This document shows, piece by piece, positions 8,807-16,481 of a stretch of DNA of 64,000 nt. The notes beneath the pieces were generated by a model that saw only the letters and a list, made by a program, of their open reading frames with translations, searched no databases and was not told where the DNA came from. The stretch comes from a virus (lineage: Duplodnaviria; Caudoviricetes), in the IMG/VR virus record IMGVR_UViG_3300038393_000457, positions 19,809 through 83,808 of that record; one strand, 5' to 3'. Every line of letters starts with the position of its first letter. Position 1 is the first letter of the stretch. A program made the position numbers and the translations under genes.

Positions 8807-9370
8807 ATGAGATATTATGCAGGGATAGGCTCCCGAAAAACACCAAAAGATGTTCTGTTCATCATGGAACGGATTGGTCAGAGTCTCGCCTCCAGATTTG
8901 TTCTTCGATCTGGTGGTGCCGGAGGTGCTGATACCTCCTTTGAAAGAGGGGCCAATCGAGGTCAAGGTGTCACAGAAATCTTCCTTCCATGGAAAGGTTT
9001 CAATGCGGATGACGAGGACCGTGAGTTTCTTCCGGTATCTGATTTGTTTCTTGACAATCTGCCTCAGAAAATACAATATGAGGCTGCTGAGATTGCAAAG
9101 CAGTTTCATCGCCATTGGAATGAATTGACTATCGGAGGAAAAAAGCTTCATACCAGAAATGTTTTACAAATTCTTGGTCGTGATCTAAATACCCCAAGTG
9201 AATTTGTTATCTGTTGGACAAAAGATGGTAAAGCAACCGGCGGAACCGGTCAGGCAATGCGTATTGCGAAATCTAAGGGAATTCCAATCTATAATCTAAA
9301 GAATAACGATGACAGGGATTCTTTGGTGAAGTGGTGGAATATGGAATATGGGTCTGATCCCATCGTCTGA
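8807..9370 (+). CDS. SLOG-superfamily protein (DprA/Smf-like Rossmann fold, phage type)
   Basis: YAGIGSRKTP, LRSGGAGGAD, GGTGQA motifs. Confidence 0.72.
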   Translation: MRYYAGIGSRKTPKDVLFIMERIGQSLASRFVLRSGGAGGADTSFERGANRGQGVTEIFLPWKGFNADDEDREFLPVSDLFLDNLPQKIQYEAAEIAKQFHRHWNELTIGGKKLHTRNVLQILGRDLNTPSEFVICWTKDGKATGGTGQAMRIAKSKGIPIYNLKNNDDRDSLVKWWNMEYGSDPIV

Positions 9371-9575
9371 TCTTGAAACTACTCGTTGGCCAGAAGATCA
9401 TCCAAATCTTCGTCCTGGCGGTCAACATGTCGGTAGTGGCCCTTTCGGAATCAAGGTAAAACACATTCCTTCTGGAATTGAAGCATGTGTGGATATTGGG
9501 TCTTCACAACATCGCAATAGACAGATTGCCATAGAGATGATAGAAGCAGCATTAACAAGTGAGTGGTACAGATGA
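9348..9575 (+). CDS. Minimal class I release-factor / peptidyl-tRNA hydrolase domain protein with GGQ motif
   Basis: IPSSDL...PGGQHV...VKHIPSGI...SQHRNRQIA aligns with RF-1 domain consensus PGGQHVN...HLPTGI...SQHKN. Confidence 0.75.
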   Translation: MGLIPSSDLETTRWPEDHPNLRPGGQHVGSGPFGIKVKHIPSGIEACVDIGSSQHRNRQIAIEMIEAALTSEWYR

Positions 9576-9738
9576 TTGTTTATTTCTTCACAGCCTTATG
9601 GGTATTAACTTGGGCCCATTTTTTCCATGCATCTGTCACGATACACAATTTACCAAAAGGTATTGGATATCTTGGTATGATTGTATTAATGATTATTGGC
9701 GGTTTTATCGCTAATGGTCTCTTGTCTCTTTAATTTTA

Positions 9739-10101
9739 GTGGTTAATATGATTGATATTACAGAAAAGTACGGCAAGGATGTTTTCGATCTTATTTGCAA
9801 GATTGATGATTTCATTAAGAAGGGTTTGGAACATCGTTCCTTTGGGCAAGGAGTGTATGCAAAGGATAGTGGTTTCAAGATGACAGGTATTATGGATTAT
9901 GGATCATTCTATGTCCAATTTCCTGAATCGGCTCCGGTTTCTCTTGCTGTTATCGATCTCAATTCCGGTGAATATTTCTTTGAGTCGTTTGAAATTCTTG
10001 GTAAGAAACTAAATATCTATGCTTTGGACGATTTCAATATTGAACGTGTGATCAAGCGTGCTGAGGCTGAATGGGCAATGGATTCACAGGAGAACGTTTA
10101 A
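9739..10101 (+). CDS. Hypothetical protein
   Basis: 120-aa ORF with phage-like codon use. Confidence 0.6.
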   Translation: MVNMIDITEKYGKDVFDLICKIDDFIKKGLEHRSFGQGVYAKDSGFKMTGIMDYGSFYVQFPESAPVSLAVIDLNSGEYFFESFEILGKKLNIYALDDFNIERVIKRAEAEWAMDSQENV

Positions 10102-10392
10102 TTGCGTGCGTCTTATTTGGCGGCTTTCGTTTATTGGTTGTTTAAGAAGTTTTGGTTTCCGTTATTCCGAGATACCAGACTTCTGGCAATTTTCTTATCA
10201 GAAATAGAGGTATATAGAAGTATCCATGGAACCATCAATAATGAACCAGAAGAAGAATGAATGGGAACATTGGTGTCATTGTAATGAGATGTTTATAGTC
10301 CTGGAAGTAGGACTTTCATGTGAAACGTGCCATAGAACAGAACCAGAAAAGCCTCCTTTACAAACACAAGAGACTATGATAAGGTCAGAACT

Positions 10393-10572
10393 ATGAAAAG
10401 GATCATTACGGCTATTCTTTTAGCTATTGGTTTGTCGAGTTGTGCCTATTATGGCCCGGCTCCGATTTACTCTGTGCCGGTCGCCGTATATACGCCACCG
10501 GTCGTTGTATATCACTATCCCAGTTATCCAAGGTATTATTACCACTATCGATATTGTCATCGTTGCTATTAA
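10393..10572 (+). CDS. Small Pro/Tyr-rich lipoprotein
   Basis: Hand translation MKRIITAILLAIGLSSC... with lipobox LSSC. Confidence 0.55.
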   Translation: MKRIITAILLAIGLSSCAYYGPAPIYSVPVAVYTPPVVVYHYPSYPRYYYHYRYCHRCY

Positions 10573-10583
10573 GGACGTAAATT

Positions 10584-10868
10584 ATGGATGAAGATAAGAA
10601 ACAAGATATCTTAAATCTCCTCAAGACCGGAGAGGTCAAGGTAGTTTTTAAGAAGGTTGATGGTGGTGAACGTGTAATGCGATGCACTCATGCATTGCAC
10701 CTAATTCCGGTACGAGAGGAATCTTTCCAAGATAAGGAAAGAACAGAAAGAAAGAAGAATCCGGATGTTTGTCCGGTATTCGATCTTGACAAGAATGCTT
10801 GGCGCTCTTTTCGTTGGGACTCACTTACTCGGGTTTCTGTAGAAATCCAAATGGATAAAGTAGCATGA
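10584..10868 (+). CDS. SH3/Sm-like WYL_2 (DUF2693-like) protein common in T4-like phages
   Basis: V-F-KVDG-ER-M-CT...VFDLDKNAWRSFR pattern. Confidence 0.65.
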   Translation: MDEDKKQDILNLLKTGEVKVVFKKVDGGERVMRCTHALHLIPVREESFQDKERTERKKNPDVCPVFDLDKNAWRSFRWDSLTRVSVEIQMDKVA

Positions 10869-11047
10869 ATGCTTTCATTCTGGCAATTGCCATTCTTACA
10901 GCTTCCCATGTGATTGTATATCCTGACAAGCCTGAATATCCAACTATTGAGGCTTGTCAGCAGGAGCAACTTACCTTGATTGACAAAAATCGTGACCTGT
11001 ATTATGAAGGTCGCTTGATTTTGGTGTGTCAACCTAAGTAAAATTCT

Positions 11048-11267
11048 GGTGGATGGCACCGGCGCGCGGCGGGGACTAAGGTATGAATTGGTAACATCTT
11101 ACATGGAATAAATTTGCTTCTATGGTGTAACGGCAGCACGGTGTCCTTATAAGACATAAGCGGTAGATGACCGCGCGGAACAGGTTCGAATCCTGTTAGA
11201 AGTACCAATCCTGGAGATCGGCTAGATTAGCTGGAACGGCACGGTTCGAAACCGTGATCCACTACCA
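11048..11267 (+). ncRNA. Interrupted type II tRNA-like element whose anticodon loop contains a complete tRNA-Ile
   Basis: GGTGGAT (11048) pairs with ATCCACT-ACCA (11257-11267); T arm CACGG-TTCGAAA-CCGTG; V arm CGGCTA-GAT-TAGCTG; GGGA-CT ... AA-TCCT anticodon-stem halves flank a 130-nt insert. Confidence 0.55.
11116..11207 (+). tRNA. tRNA-Ile(UAU) with long variable arm
   Basis: GCTTCTA/TAGAAGT-ACCA; GTGTC-CTTATAA-GACAT; V arm GCGGT-AGATG-ACCGC. Confidence 0.8.
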
Positions 11268-11281
11268 AAATTGAGGATACA

Positions 11282-11566
11282 ATGAATATATATTTGGTTT
11301 GGGGTAGATATTGCGTTCAATATGAAGGATGTGAGGAATGGTTTGTCTGCGCCTATTTCTCTGAGAAAGATGCTGAGAAGCATGTAGAATATGCAAATAA
11401 ATGGGTATCTGAACATATTGACTCTAGGGTAAAGGATTTCCCTAATCCTTATGATTCATATTGCACCGAATATTTTTGGCGTAGTGAGACCGAGTATCAT
11501 TACAGCCCCATCCTCATAAAAAATTATTTTAAACCAATGTTGGAGCTTGACATTGAGTGTATCTAA
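11282..11566 (+). CDS. Hypothetical protein
   Basis: 94-aa ORF with GAGG RBS. Confidence 0.6.
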   Translation: MNIYLVWGRYCVQYEGCEEWFVCAYFSEKDAEKHVEYANKWVSEHIDSRVKDFPNPYDSYCTEYFWRSETEYHYSPILIKNYFKPMLELDIECI

Positions 11567-12053
11567 AGTGCGAATTGGTGATGAATCCAAAGGAAAACCA
11601 GAATTTGAAGGACTATTTGGTCCGGGAATTTATGGGTTCTTTGGTGAATATAGATGGCTCTCCAATTTTTATGGATTTTCCATTGAATATAATGGAAACA
11701 AATTTCGATCAACAGAACATGCTTATCAAGCTGCAAAATGCCTTGATCCGAACGATATCAATTTGTTTTCTGGATGCACAATGGCAGAAGCCAAGTTATA
11801 TGGTCGCAAAGTTGCTAGGCGTCCTGACTGGGAACAGGCCAAAGATGGTGTTATGCTTGACGTACTCCGGATTAAGTATATGAATCCGGAATTGAAACAG
11901 AAGTTAATCGACACCAATGGCCTTTATCTTGAAGAGACAAATTGGTGGGGAGATCAATATTGGGGTGTTTGTGAAGGCAAAGGTCTAAACAAACTTGGTA
12001 AACTGATTATGCGAGTACGAGATGAAATCGATTCTGGACAATTACACGGATGA
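11547..12053 (+). CDS. NADAR family protein (YbiA / T4 gp30.3-like)
   Basis: WLSNFY, STEHAYQAAK, LEETNWWGDQYWGV, GLNKLGKLIMRVR motifs. Confidence 0.9.
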   Translation: MTLSVSKVRIGDESKGKPEFEGLFGPGIYGFFGEYRWLSNFYGFSIEYNGNKFRSTEHAYQAAKCLDPNDINLFSGCTMAEAKLYGRKVARRPDWEQAKDGVMLDVLRIKYMNPELKQKLIDTNGLYLEETNWWGDQYWGVCEGKGLNKLGKLIMRVRDEIDSGQLHG

Positions 12054-12198
12054 AGTGTTCAATAACCTGGCTATCCAGGTTGGAGTAAAAGCTGCAGATA
12101 CTCTCTGCACATTAGAAAATATGGTTCATTACTTCCTTGAAAATATCAGTCCTGAGGAGGCTGCCAAGGAATTAGTAATACAGGTAGTGGAGATTTGA

Positions 12199-12486
12199 TT
12201 GGCTAAGACTAGACGACATGAGGAATATGAAGATAGTGGTTACAACCAACTATCTTTTGCGCCTTTTTGTGATGATTTCAGACATTTAGTTTGTCTACCA
12301 TATTCAGTGGAAAACCTACATATTATAGCAAAAGAACTTGGTATTGGTAGGTCTTGGTTCCACGAAGGTAGACTTCCTCATTATGATATTCCAAAGAAGC
12401 GCGTTGATGAAATCACATCTCTGTGCAATGTCATTTCAACACGTGATATTGTGAGGATTATCAAAGGTCAAATTGGTAATACCTAA
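12199..12486 (+). CDS. DUF4031-like protein
   Basis: LH--A-ELGI-RSWFH-----HYDIP pattern; start codon uncertain. Confidence 0.55.
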   Translation: MAKTRRHEEYEDSGYNQLSFAPFCDDFRHLVCLPYSVENLHIIAKELGIGRSWFHEGRLPHYDIPKKRVDEITSLCNVISTRDIVRIIKGQIGNT

Positions 12487-12494
12487 AAAAGGAT

Positions 12495-12522
12495 TTGACA
12501 AAAATTAAGAGTGGTGTATAAG
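12495..12522 (+). promoter_or_regulatory. Sigma70-like promoter overlapping a late-like TATAAGTA motif
   Basis: TTGACA-N16-TATAAG, 6 nt upstream of the allo-tRNA-like pair. Confidence 0.65.
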
Positions 12523-12528
12523 TAATAC

Positions 12529-12623
12529 GGATGCTGAACTGGACAAGCGCGCCGGCCACGACTTGAAATCGTGTGGAGCCTCAGAGATGGGGTTTGGAGG
12601 GCAGGACTACCCGGCATCCGCCA
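12529..12623 (+). tRNA. Non-canonical 8/4 (allo-tRNA-like) tRNA-Ser(UGA)
   Basis: 8-bp acceptor GGATGCTG/CGGCATCC, G73, CCA; CACGA-CTTGAAA-TCGTG; long V arm; T loop lacks TTCG. Confidence 0.65.
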
Positions 12624-12625
12624 TT

Positions 12626-12714
12626 GGAAAGTAAATTGCTCGGGCGGGCAACCACGCTTGGAAAGCGTGTGGTTCTTTAAAAGGAATACGGATCAAGACC
12701 GTTGCTTTCCTCCA
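12626..12714 (+). tRNA. Non-canonical 8/4 or 9/3 (allo-tRNA-like) tRNA with GGA (Ser) anticodon
   Basis: GGAAAGTA(A)/(T)TGCTTTCC-TCCA; 6-bp D stem TTGCTC-GGGC-GGGCAA; CACGC-TTGGAAA-GCGTG; T arm ACGG-ATCAAGA-CCGT. Confidence 0.7.
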
Positions 12715-12740
12715 TTTTCTAAACCAAAAGGTAAATTGTT

Positions 12741-13337
12741 ATGAAGTCTTTGATGAACAAGATTCCTTGCACTTCTGCAACGAAGATGATGATGTGGCAT
12801 TTCATGGATGCCCCTGAGAAGTTTGCTACGGAAGACCATAAGAAGCTCTTCCATAGAATGGCTATGGCTGATGAATTTTGTCTGATGGACCTGCTGTCCT
12901 TGATGGATTATATAAATCGGCACCCTGTTACTGGAAATTATGACTATTCCAATCTTGGTGGGGCAGGACCTGATTTCATCATTGGTCAGTTGGAAGTCAT
13001 GTTCCAGACAACTGCAATGACCGAGAGTATGCATTATTATGATGTTCTCGTTGGTTTTGCGGAGAATCGTGCTACGAGTTATCAGGAATTGGTTGATTAC
13101 CTTGCAACTAATCCTATTCTCCCTTCTCCGACTGAGATCAGGGCTCAGTCGGATAAGGTTACCCGTGACACCAAGAAGATTATCTTGGATAAGATTGCCA
13201 AGCTCGACCCTTCTCTCGTGAACCAGTTCGGTTTGGATGATATTGCAGACAAGTACCTGGACGATGTTGGTGGTCAGGAAGGAAGTGATCTTTCTGATTG
13301 GGGCAGCGCAGAAGGAATGAAGAGAAAGCTTCACTAA
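12741..13337 (+). CDS. Hypothetical protein
   Basis: 198-aa ORF, codon use like highly expressed genes. Confidence 0.7.
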   Translation: MKSLMNKIPCTSATKMMMWHFMDAPEKFATEDHKKLFHRMAMADEFCLMDLLSLMDYINRHPVTGNYDYSNLGGAGPDFIIGQLEVMFQTTAMTESMHYYDVLVGFAENRATSYQELVDYLATNPILPSPTEIRAQSDKVTRDTKKIILDKIAKLDPSLVNQFGLDDIADKYLDDVGGQEGSDLSDWGSAEGMKRKLH

Positions 13338-13402
13338 CACAGTTACATTGCTTTCTCTCTGAGGTGATGATATAAAAGAGAAGAGTAATGTAAAGGTGTT
13401 AT

Positions 13403-13990
13403 GTGCAAATTCTTTCACTTGACAAGTCTGGGTATCCTAGAGGGTTTATTACGATCCAAAATGCAATCGAAATGATTGCGAAGGATAAAATCCTTTGGAG
13501 TCTTGGTAACCCAATTGCAACTTATCGTGGTGGTTATAACAATGATGGTGTGCGTTCCGTAATCGAAACGCCACCTATCATTGCTATCACCGGAACAGAG
13601 TTTGCAAAACAAAAGCGTTTTCCTAAAGTTATCCTGACGAACAATTCGCTTTTTAGTAGGGATCGTCATATTTGCGCTTATTGTGGTGGAAAATTCATGC
13701 CACGAAAGCTATCACGTGATCATGTAATACCTGTTTCTCGTGGTGGTCCGAATACCTGGAAGAATGTGGTGACTGCATGTATCCCATGTAACACCAAGAA
13801 GGATAATCGGACCCCAGAAGAAGCTGGAATGAAACTTCTGTATGTTCCTTATGAGCCCTCTCATGCGGAACATCTAATATTGAAGAATCGCAACATCACA
13901 GAAGATCAAATGGATTATCTATCAAACCATGTGTCGCCGGAGTTTCTCCGGCGCATGACGGATGTAGAATTATTTGGTGAGGATAAATAA
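13403..13990 (+). CDS. HNH endonuclease (McrA-like HNH_5 type)
   Basis: [10 protein letters not shown]...[38 protein letters not shown]. Confidence 0.9.
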   Translation: [195 protein letters not shown]

Positions 13991-14361
13991 TGAAACTCGC
14001 TTTCTATAAAGTCGCACCTATGGCTGATGATGTGGACAATCTTGTTCCAATCAAATATGCTTACATGGATGGATATGTCTTTGGTGATCGTATACTTGAA
14101 GATGTAATGTTCAAATATTGGATTGATGACAAAGGTAAATTGAAGTCTGATTTTGCTAAACCGAATGGTTATACCAAAGGTTTGAATAAAAAGAAATGGC
14201 TCAAGGAATCTATTGGTTATGTTACCGCCGTGGAAGGTGTTGTTGAATTTCAGTTAATTGAGGATGTGCTTTCTGAAGCGGTATTGTGGGACCATGATAG
14301 ATCATGGAATGATCAACCATATACATTCTTTGATGAAGAACCACGATTTGTGACTAAGTAA
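13990..14361 (+). CDS. Hypothetical protein
   Basis: 123-aa coupled ORF. Confidence 0.6.
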   Translation: MKLAFYKVAPMADDVDNLVPIKYAYMDGYVFGDRILEDVMFKYWIDDKGKLKSDFAKPNGYTKGLNKKKWLKESIGYVTAVEGVVEFQLIEDVLSEAVLWDHDRSWNDQPYTFFDEEPRFVTK

Positions 14362-14369
14362 GGAATTAT

Positions 14370-14444
14370 TCCCTATTAGACTAACTGGAAGGTCGCTAGA
14401 CTCTGAATCTAGAAGTCCTGGTTCGAATCCAGGGTTGGGAGCCA
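14370..14444 (+). tRNA. tRNA-Gln(CUG)
   Basis: CTAGA-CTCTGAA-TCTAG; TTCGAAT T loop; GCCA end. Confidence 0.88.
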
Positions 14445-14457
14445 ATTCGAGGTTATC

Positions 14458-14721
14458 ATGGAATATGGTTATCGTCTAATTAATCCATCATATACAGAAG
14501 CCGCCGAATTGTGGCTCGCTAAATTGAATGTCGATTATGATTATGTAGATATTGGTTATTGGCGTCTCTATCGTATTCATTCGGATCAATTCAACAAGTT
14601 ACCTGATGACAGAGGCCCATATATCCCGGTTGATGAAGATCAAGGTTTCGGTCTGATGGATGACCAGATAGCAGAATCTGAAGCGGAAGAGGCTGGTGGA
14701 TGGATTAAGGTAGCACAATGA
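14458..14721 (+). CDS. Hypothetical protein
   Basis: GAGG RBS, coupled to next ORF. Confidence 0.55.
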   Translation: MEYGYRLINPSYTEAAELWLAKLNVDYDYVDIGYWRLYRIHSDQFNKLPDDRGPYIPVDEDQGFGLMDDQIAESEAEEAGGWIKVAQ

Positions 14722-14903
14722 GAAATATATTGGAATATCCTATAACCAAAGAAGAAGTAGAGACTGTTTTTGTTGATGCTTTCAATGACCATAATGGTGA
14801 AGTTGGTGGTCATCAACAAATGGTAATCCAGGACTTACTAGATAACTTTGATGAAATTTGGGAAAAGTATTATAAAGACAAGTTTGGATATGCCAATCAA
14901 TAG
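14718..14903 (+). CDS. Hypothetical protein
   Basis: Coupled ORF. Confidence 0.5.
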   Translation: MRNILEYPITKEEVETVFVDAFNDHNGEVGGHQQMVIQDLLDNFDEIWEKYYKDKFGYANQ

Positions 14904-15111
14904 TGATACATTCCTGGTAAATTCCATTATTGATTTATTGGAAGATCATGGTTTCAAAGGCTTGGACGGTCCAGCTATTGTATTCGAAATGCAATCCAGA
15001 CATTGGACCGCTGAGGAAACCAGAAAAGCATATATTGAATTGTGTAATGAAGGTATTGTAACTTACGTGCCTTCTGGTCGCTACAAATTGACTAAGTTTA
15101 TACCAAGATAA
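14890..15111 (+). CDS. Hypothetical protein
   Basis: Start at MPINSD overlapping previous stop. Confidence 0.5.
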   Translation: MPINSDTFLVNSIIDLLEDHGFKGLDGPAIVFEMQSRHWTAEETRKAYIELCNEGIVTYVPSGRYKLTKFIPR

Positions 15112-15204
15112 GGATGGTTGTCAGAGTGGGTTATTGTCCGACTTTGCTAAAGTCGCGAGTGTCTGAAAAGGCCTCCATGGGTTCGAATCCCATACCATCC
15201 TCCA
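15112..15204 (+). tRNA. tRNA-Ser(GCU)
   Basis: GGATGGT/ACCATCC-TCCA; CGACT-TTGCTAA-AGTCG; long V arm; U73 rather than the usual G73. Confidence 0.88.
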
Positions 15205-15264
15205 TTTTTTTAATTTATTTTTGTAATTTTGGTAAAAAAGAATACTAAGTAAACTCTCAAAGGC

Positions 15265-15292
15265 TTGACTACCTCAAATATTCTGATATTAT
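15265..15292 (+). promoter_or_regulatory. Sigma70-like promoter (late-like TACTAAGTA at 15243-15251 upstream)
   Basis: TTGACT-N16-TATTAT. Confidence 0.5.
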
Positions 15293-15304
15293 ATAGAAAT
15301 GAAG

Positions 15305-15503
15305 CATTGATTTAGGCAGATTCATTCGCCTGTAAAGAGCATTATCGCTCACCGCTGTAAGGTTGGTTATTGAATGAATCTTCCTAAATTAATGAATCCT
15401 CGATGCTAGTTTGTAACTGAGATTGTATCAAGAAGTGCAGGAATGATTGCAAAATTCCTGAAAAACAAACGACCCATCGGCTCCAGAGTCGTAATTCTGG
15501 AGA
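15305..15503 (+). ncRNA. Structured ncRNA candidate
   Basis: 12-bp stem 15305-15316/15383-15394 and 10-bp stem 15318-15327/15372-15381 around a multiloop; three further hairpins; no ORF. Confidence 0.5.
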
Positions 15504-15512
15504 CTTTACAAT

Positions 15513-15587
15513 GCACCGTTCGTCTATAGGAAGGACACTTGGCTTTCAACCAGGGCAGCAGGGGTTCGAATCCCCTACGGTGCACCA
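15513..15587 (+). tRNA. tRNA-Glu(UUC)
   Basis: GCACCGT/ACGGTGC-ACCA; CTTGG-CTTTCAA-CCAGG. Confidence 0.92.
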
Positions 15588-15645
15588 ATTACTACCCCTA
15601 CCAAGGGATCGAATAAAAGATCATAACTTTGGTAGTTTCATTTAT

Positions 15646-15695
15646 GCTCGCTCGCCGTAAGGTGTGCAACTGATCGAAAGATCAAGCGAGCACCA
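15646..15695 (+). ncRNA. 50-nt CCA-terminated mini tRNA-like RNA
   Basis: GCTCGCT/AGCGAGC-ACCA acceptor stem closing two GNRA hairpins (CGCC-GTAA-GGTG, TGATC-GAAA-GATCA). Confidence 0.65.
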
Positions 15696-15731
15696 ATTAT
15701 AATGTCCCTATAGTGAAACTGAATAGTCAAT

Positions 15732-15809
15732 GGTGCTGTATCCCTCGACGCTACGAACGTCGTGAAAGGTAATTGGATCATGCAGGTTCGACCCCTGTCA
15801 GCATCTCCA
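15732..15809 (+). tRNA. tRNA-Arg(ACG)-like RNA lacking a D arm at the normal position
   Basis: GGTGCTG/CAGCATC-TCCA; CGACG-CTACGAA-CGTCG starts 7 nt after the acceptor; T arm GCAGG-TTCGACC-CCTGT. Confidence 0.7.
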
Positions 15810-16386
15810 TTATTCTATTAGGTTCTCCATATAGAAGCTTAATAGATTTTTTTACTTGATCTAATTTCTCCTGTTGTTTGATGACAACGATTGGATTCTT
15901 TGGATCAAGAAATATGTTAAGATTAGGAAGATAGAAATCTGGAAAGTATTTGTGTTCTTTCCCATTTTTATCGATCCAAGGAATTGATGTTTTTGGTTGT
16001 TCCCAAATAATATTGGCTTCATCAAGTAATTGGGCCATTTTTACTTCCCAACCAGAATCAAAGATAAAGTTTTTGTAAATTTGACGTTTTATACCGGAAG
16101 CATTCTTTCTTTTGACCGCGATGAAACATTGGTCAGAACAAGTTGTTCCAATTTTCTTTTGTGACGCAAAATATTTTTGGCATACAGAACATTGTCGAAA
16201 ATATACCTTGGAATTGGGTCCACAAACATGTCTCTTGCTGAAGAAGCCTCTTTTACCAATTGTTGTTGATTTTATCCTTGTATAATTACGACCGCGTTTA
16301 AGGTTATTGTATGTTGCGGAACAAGATGAACCACAGAATTTTCTTTTTAATGGTATAAGTAAGTTGCAATTTAAACAATTATGCAT
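15778..16386 (-). CDS. Free-standing homing endonuclease-like protein (Zn-finger repeats + PD-(D/E)XK/TnsA-like domain)
   Basis: CLNC..KFCGSSC and CSVC..CSDQC; FDSGWEVKMAQLLD...YFPDFYLP...LDPK; AT-rich; 3' end overlaps the tRNA-like T arm. Confidence 0.75.
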   Translation of the reverse strand: MHNCLNCNLLIPLKRKFCGSSCSATYNNLKRGRNYTRIKSTTIGKRGFFSKRHVCGPNSKVYFRQCSVCQKYFASQKKIGTTCSDQCFIAVKRKNASGIKRQIYKNFIFDSGWEVKMAQLLDEANIIWEQPKTSIPWIDKNGKEHKYFPDFYLPNLNIFLDPKNPIVVIKQQEKLDQVKKSIKLLYGEPNRIMEMLTGVEPA

Positions 16387-16481
16387 TATAAATCTCCTTC
16401 TAAATGCTAATTGTATTTAGTAAAATTTCGACTCAAGATGTGGGTTCGAGTCCTGCTAGGGACGCCATTTAAGAGGTTGTT

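Larger units (their letters stand above)
15704..16467 (+). pseudogene. Split tRNA remnant bracketing a tRNA-like RNA and an endonuclease gene
   Basis: 5' piece GTCCCTA-TA-GTGA-AACTGAATA (15704-15725); 3' piece GACTC-AAGAT-GTGGG-TTCGAGT-CCTGC-TAGGGAC-GCCA (16430-16467); acceptor halves are perfectly complementary. Confidence 0.6.
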
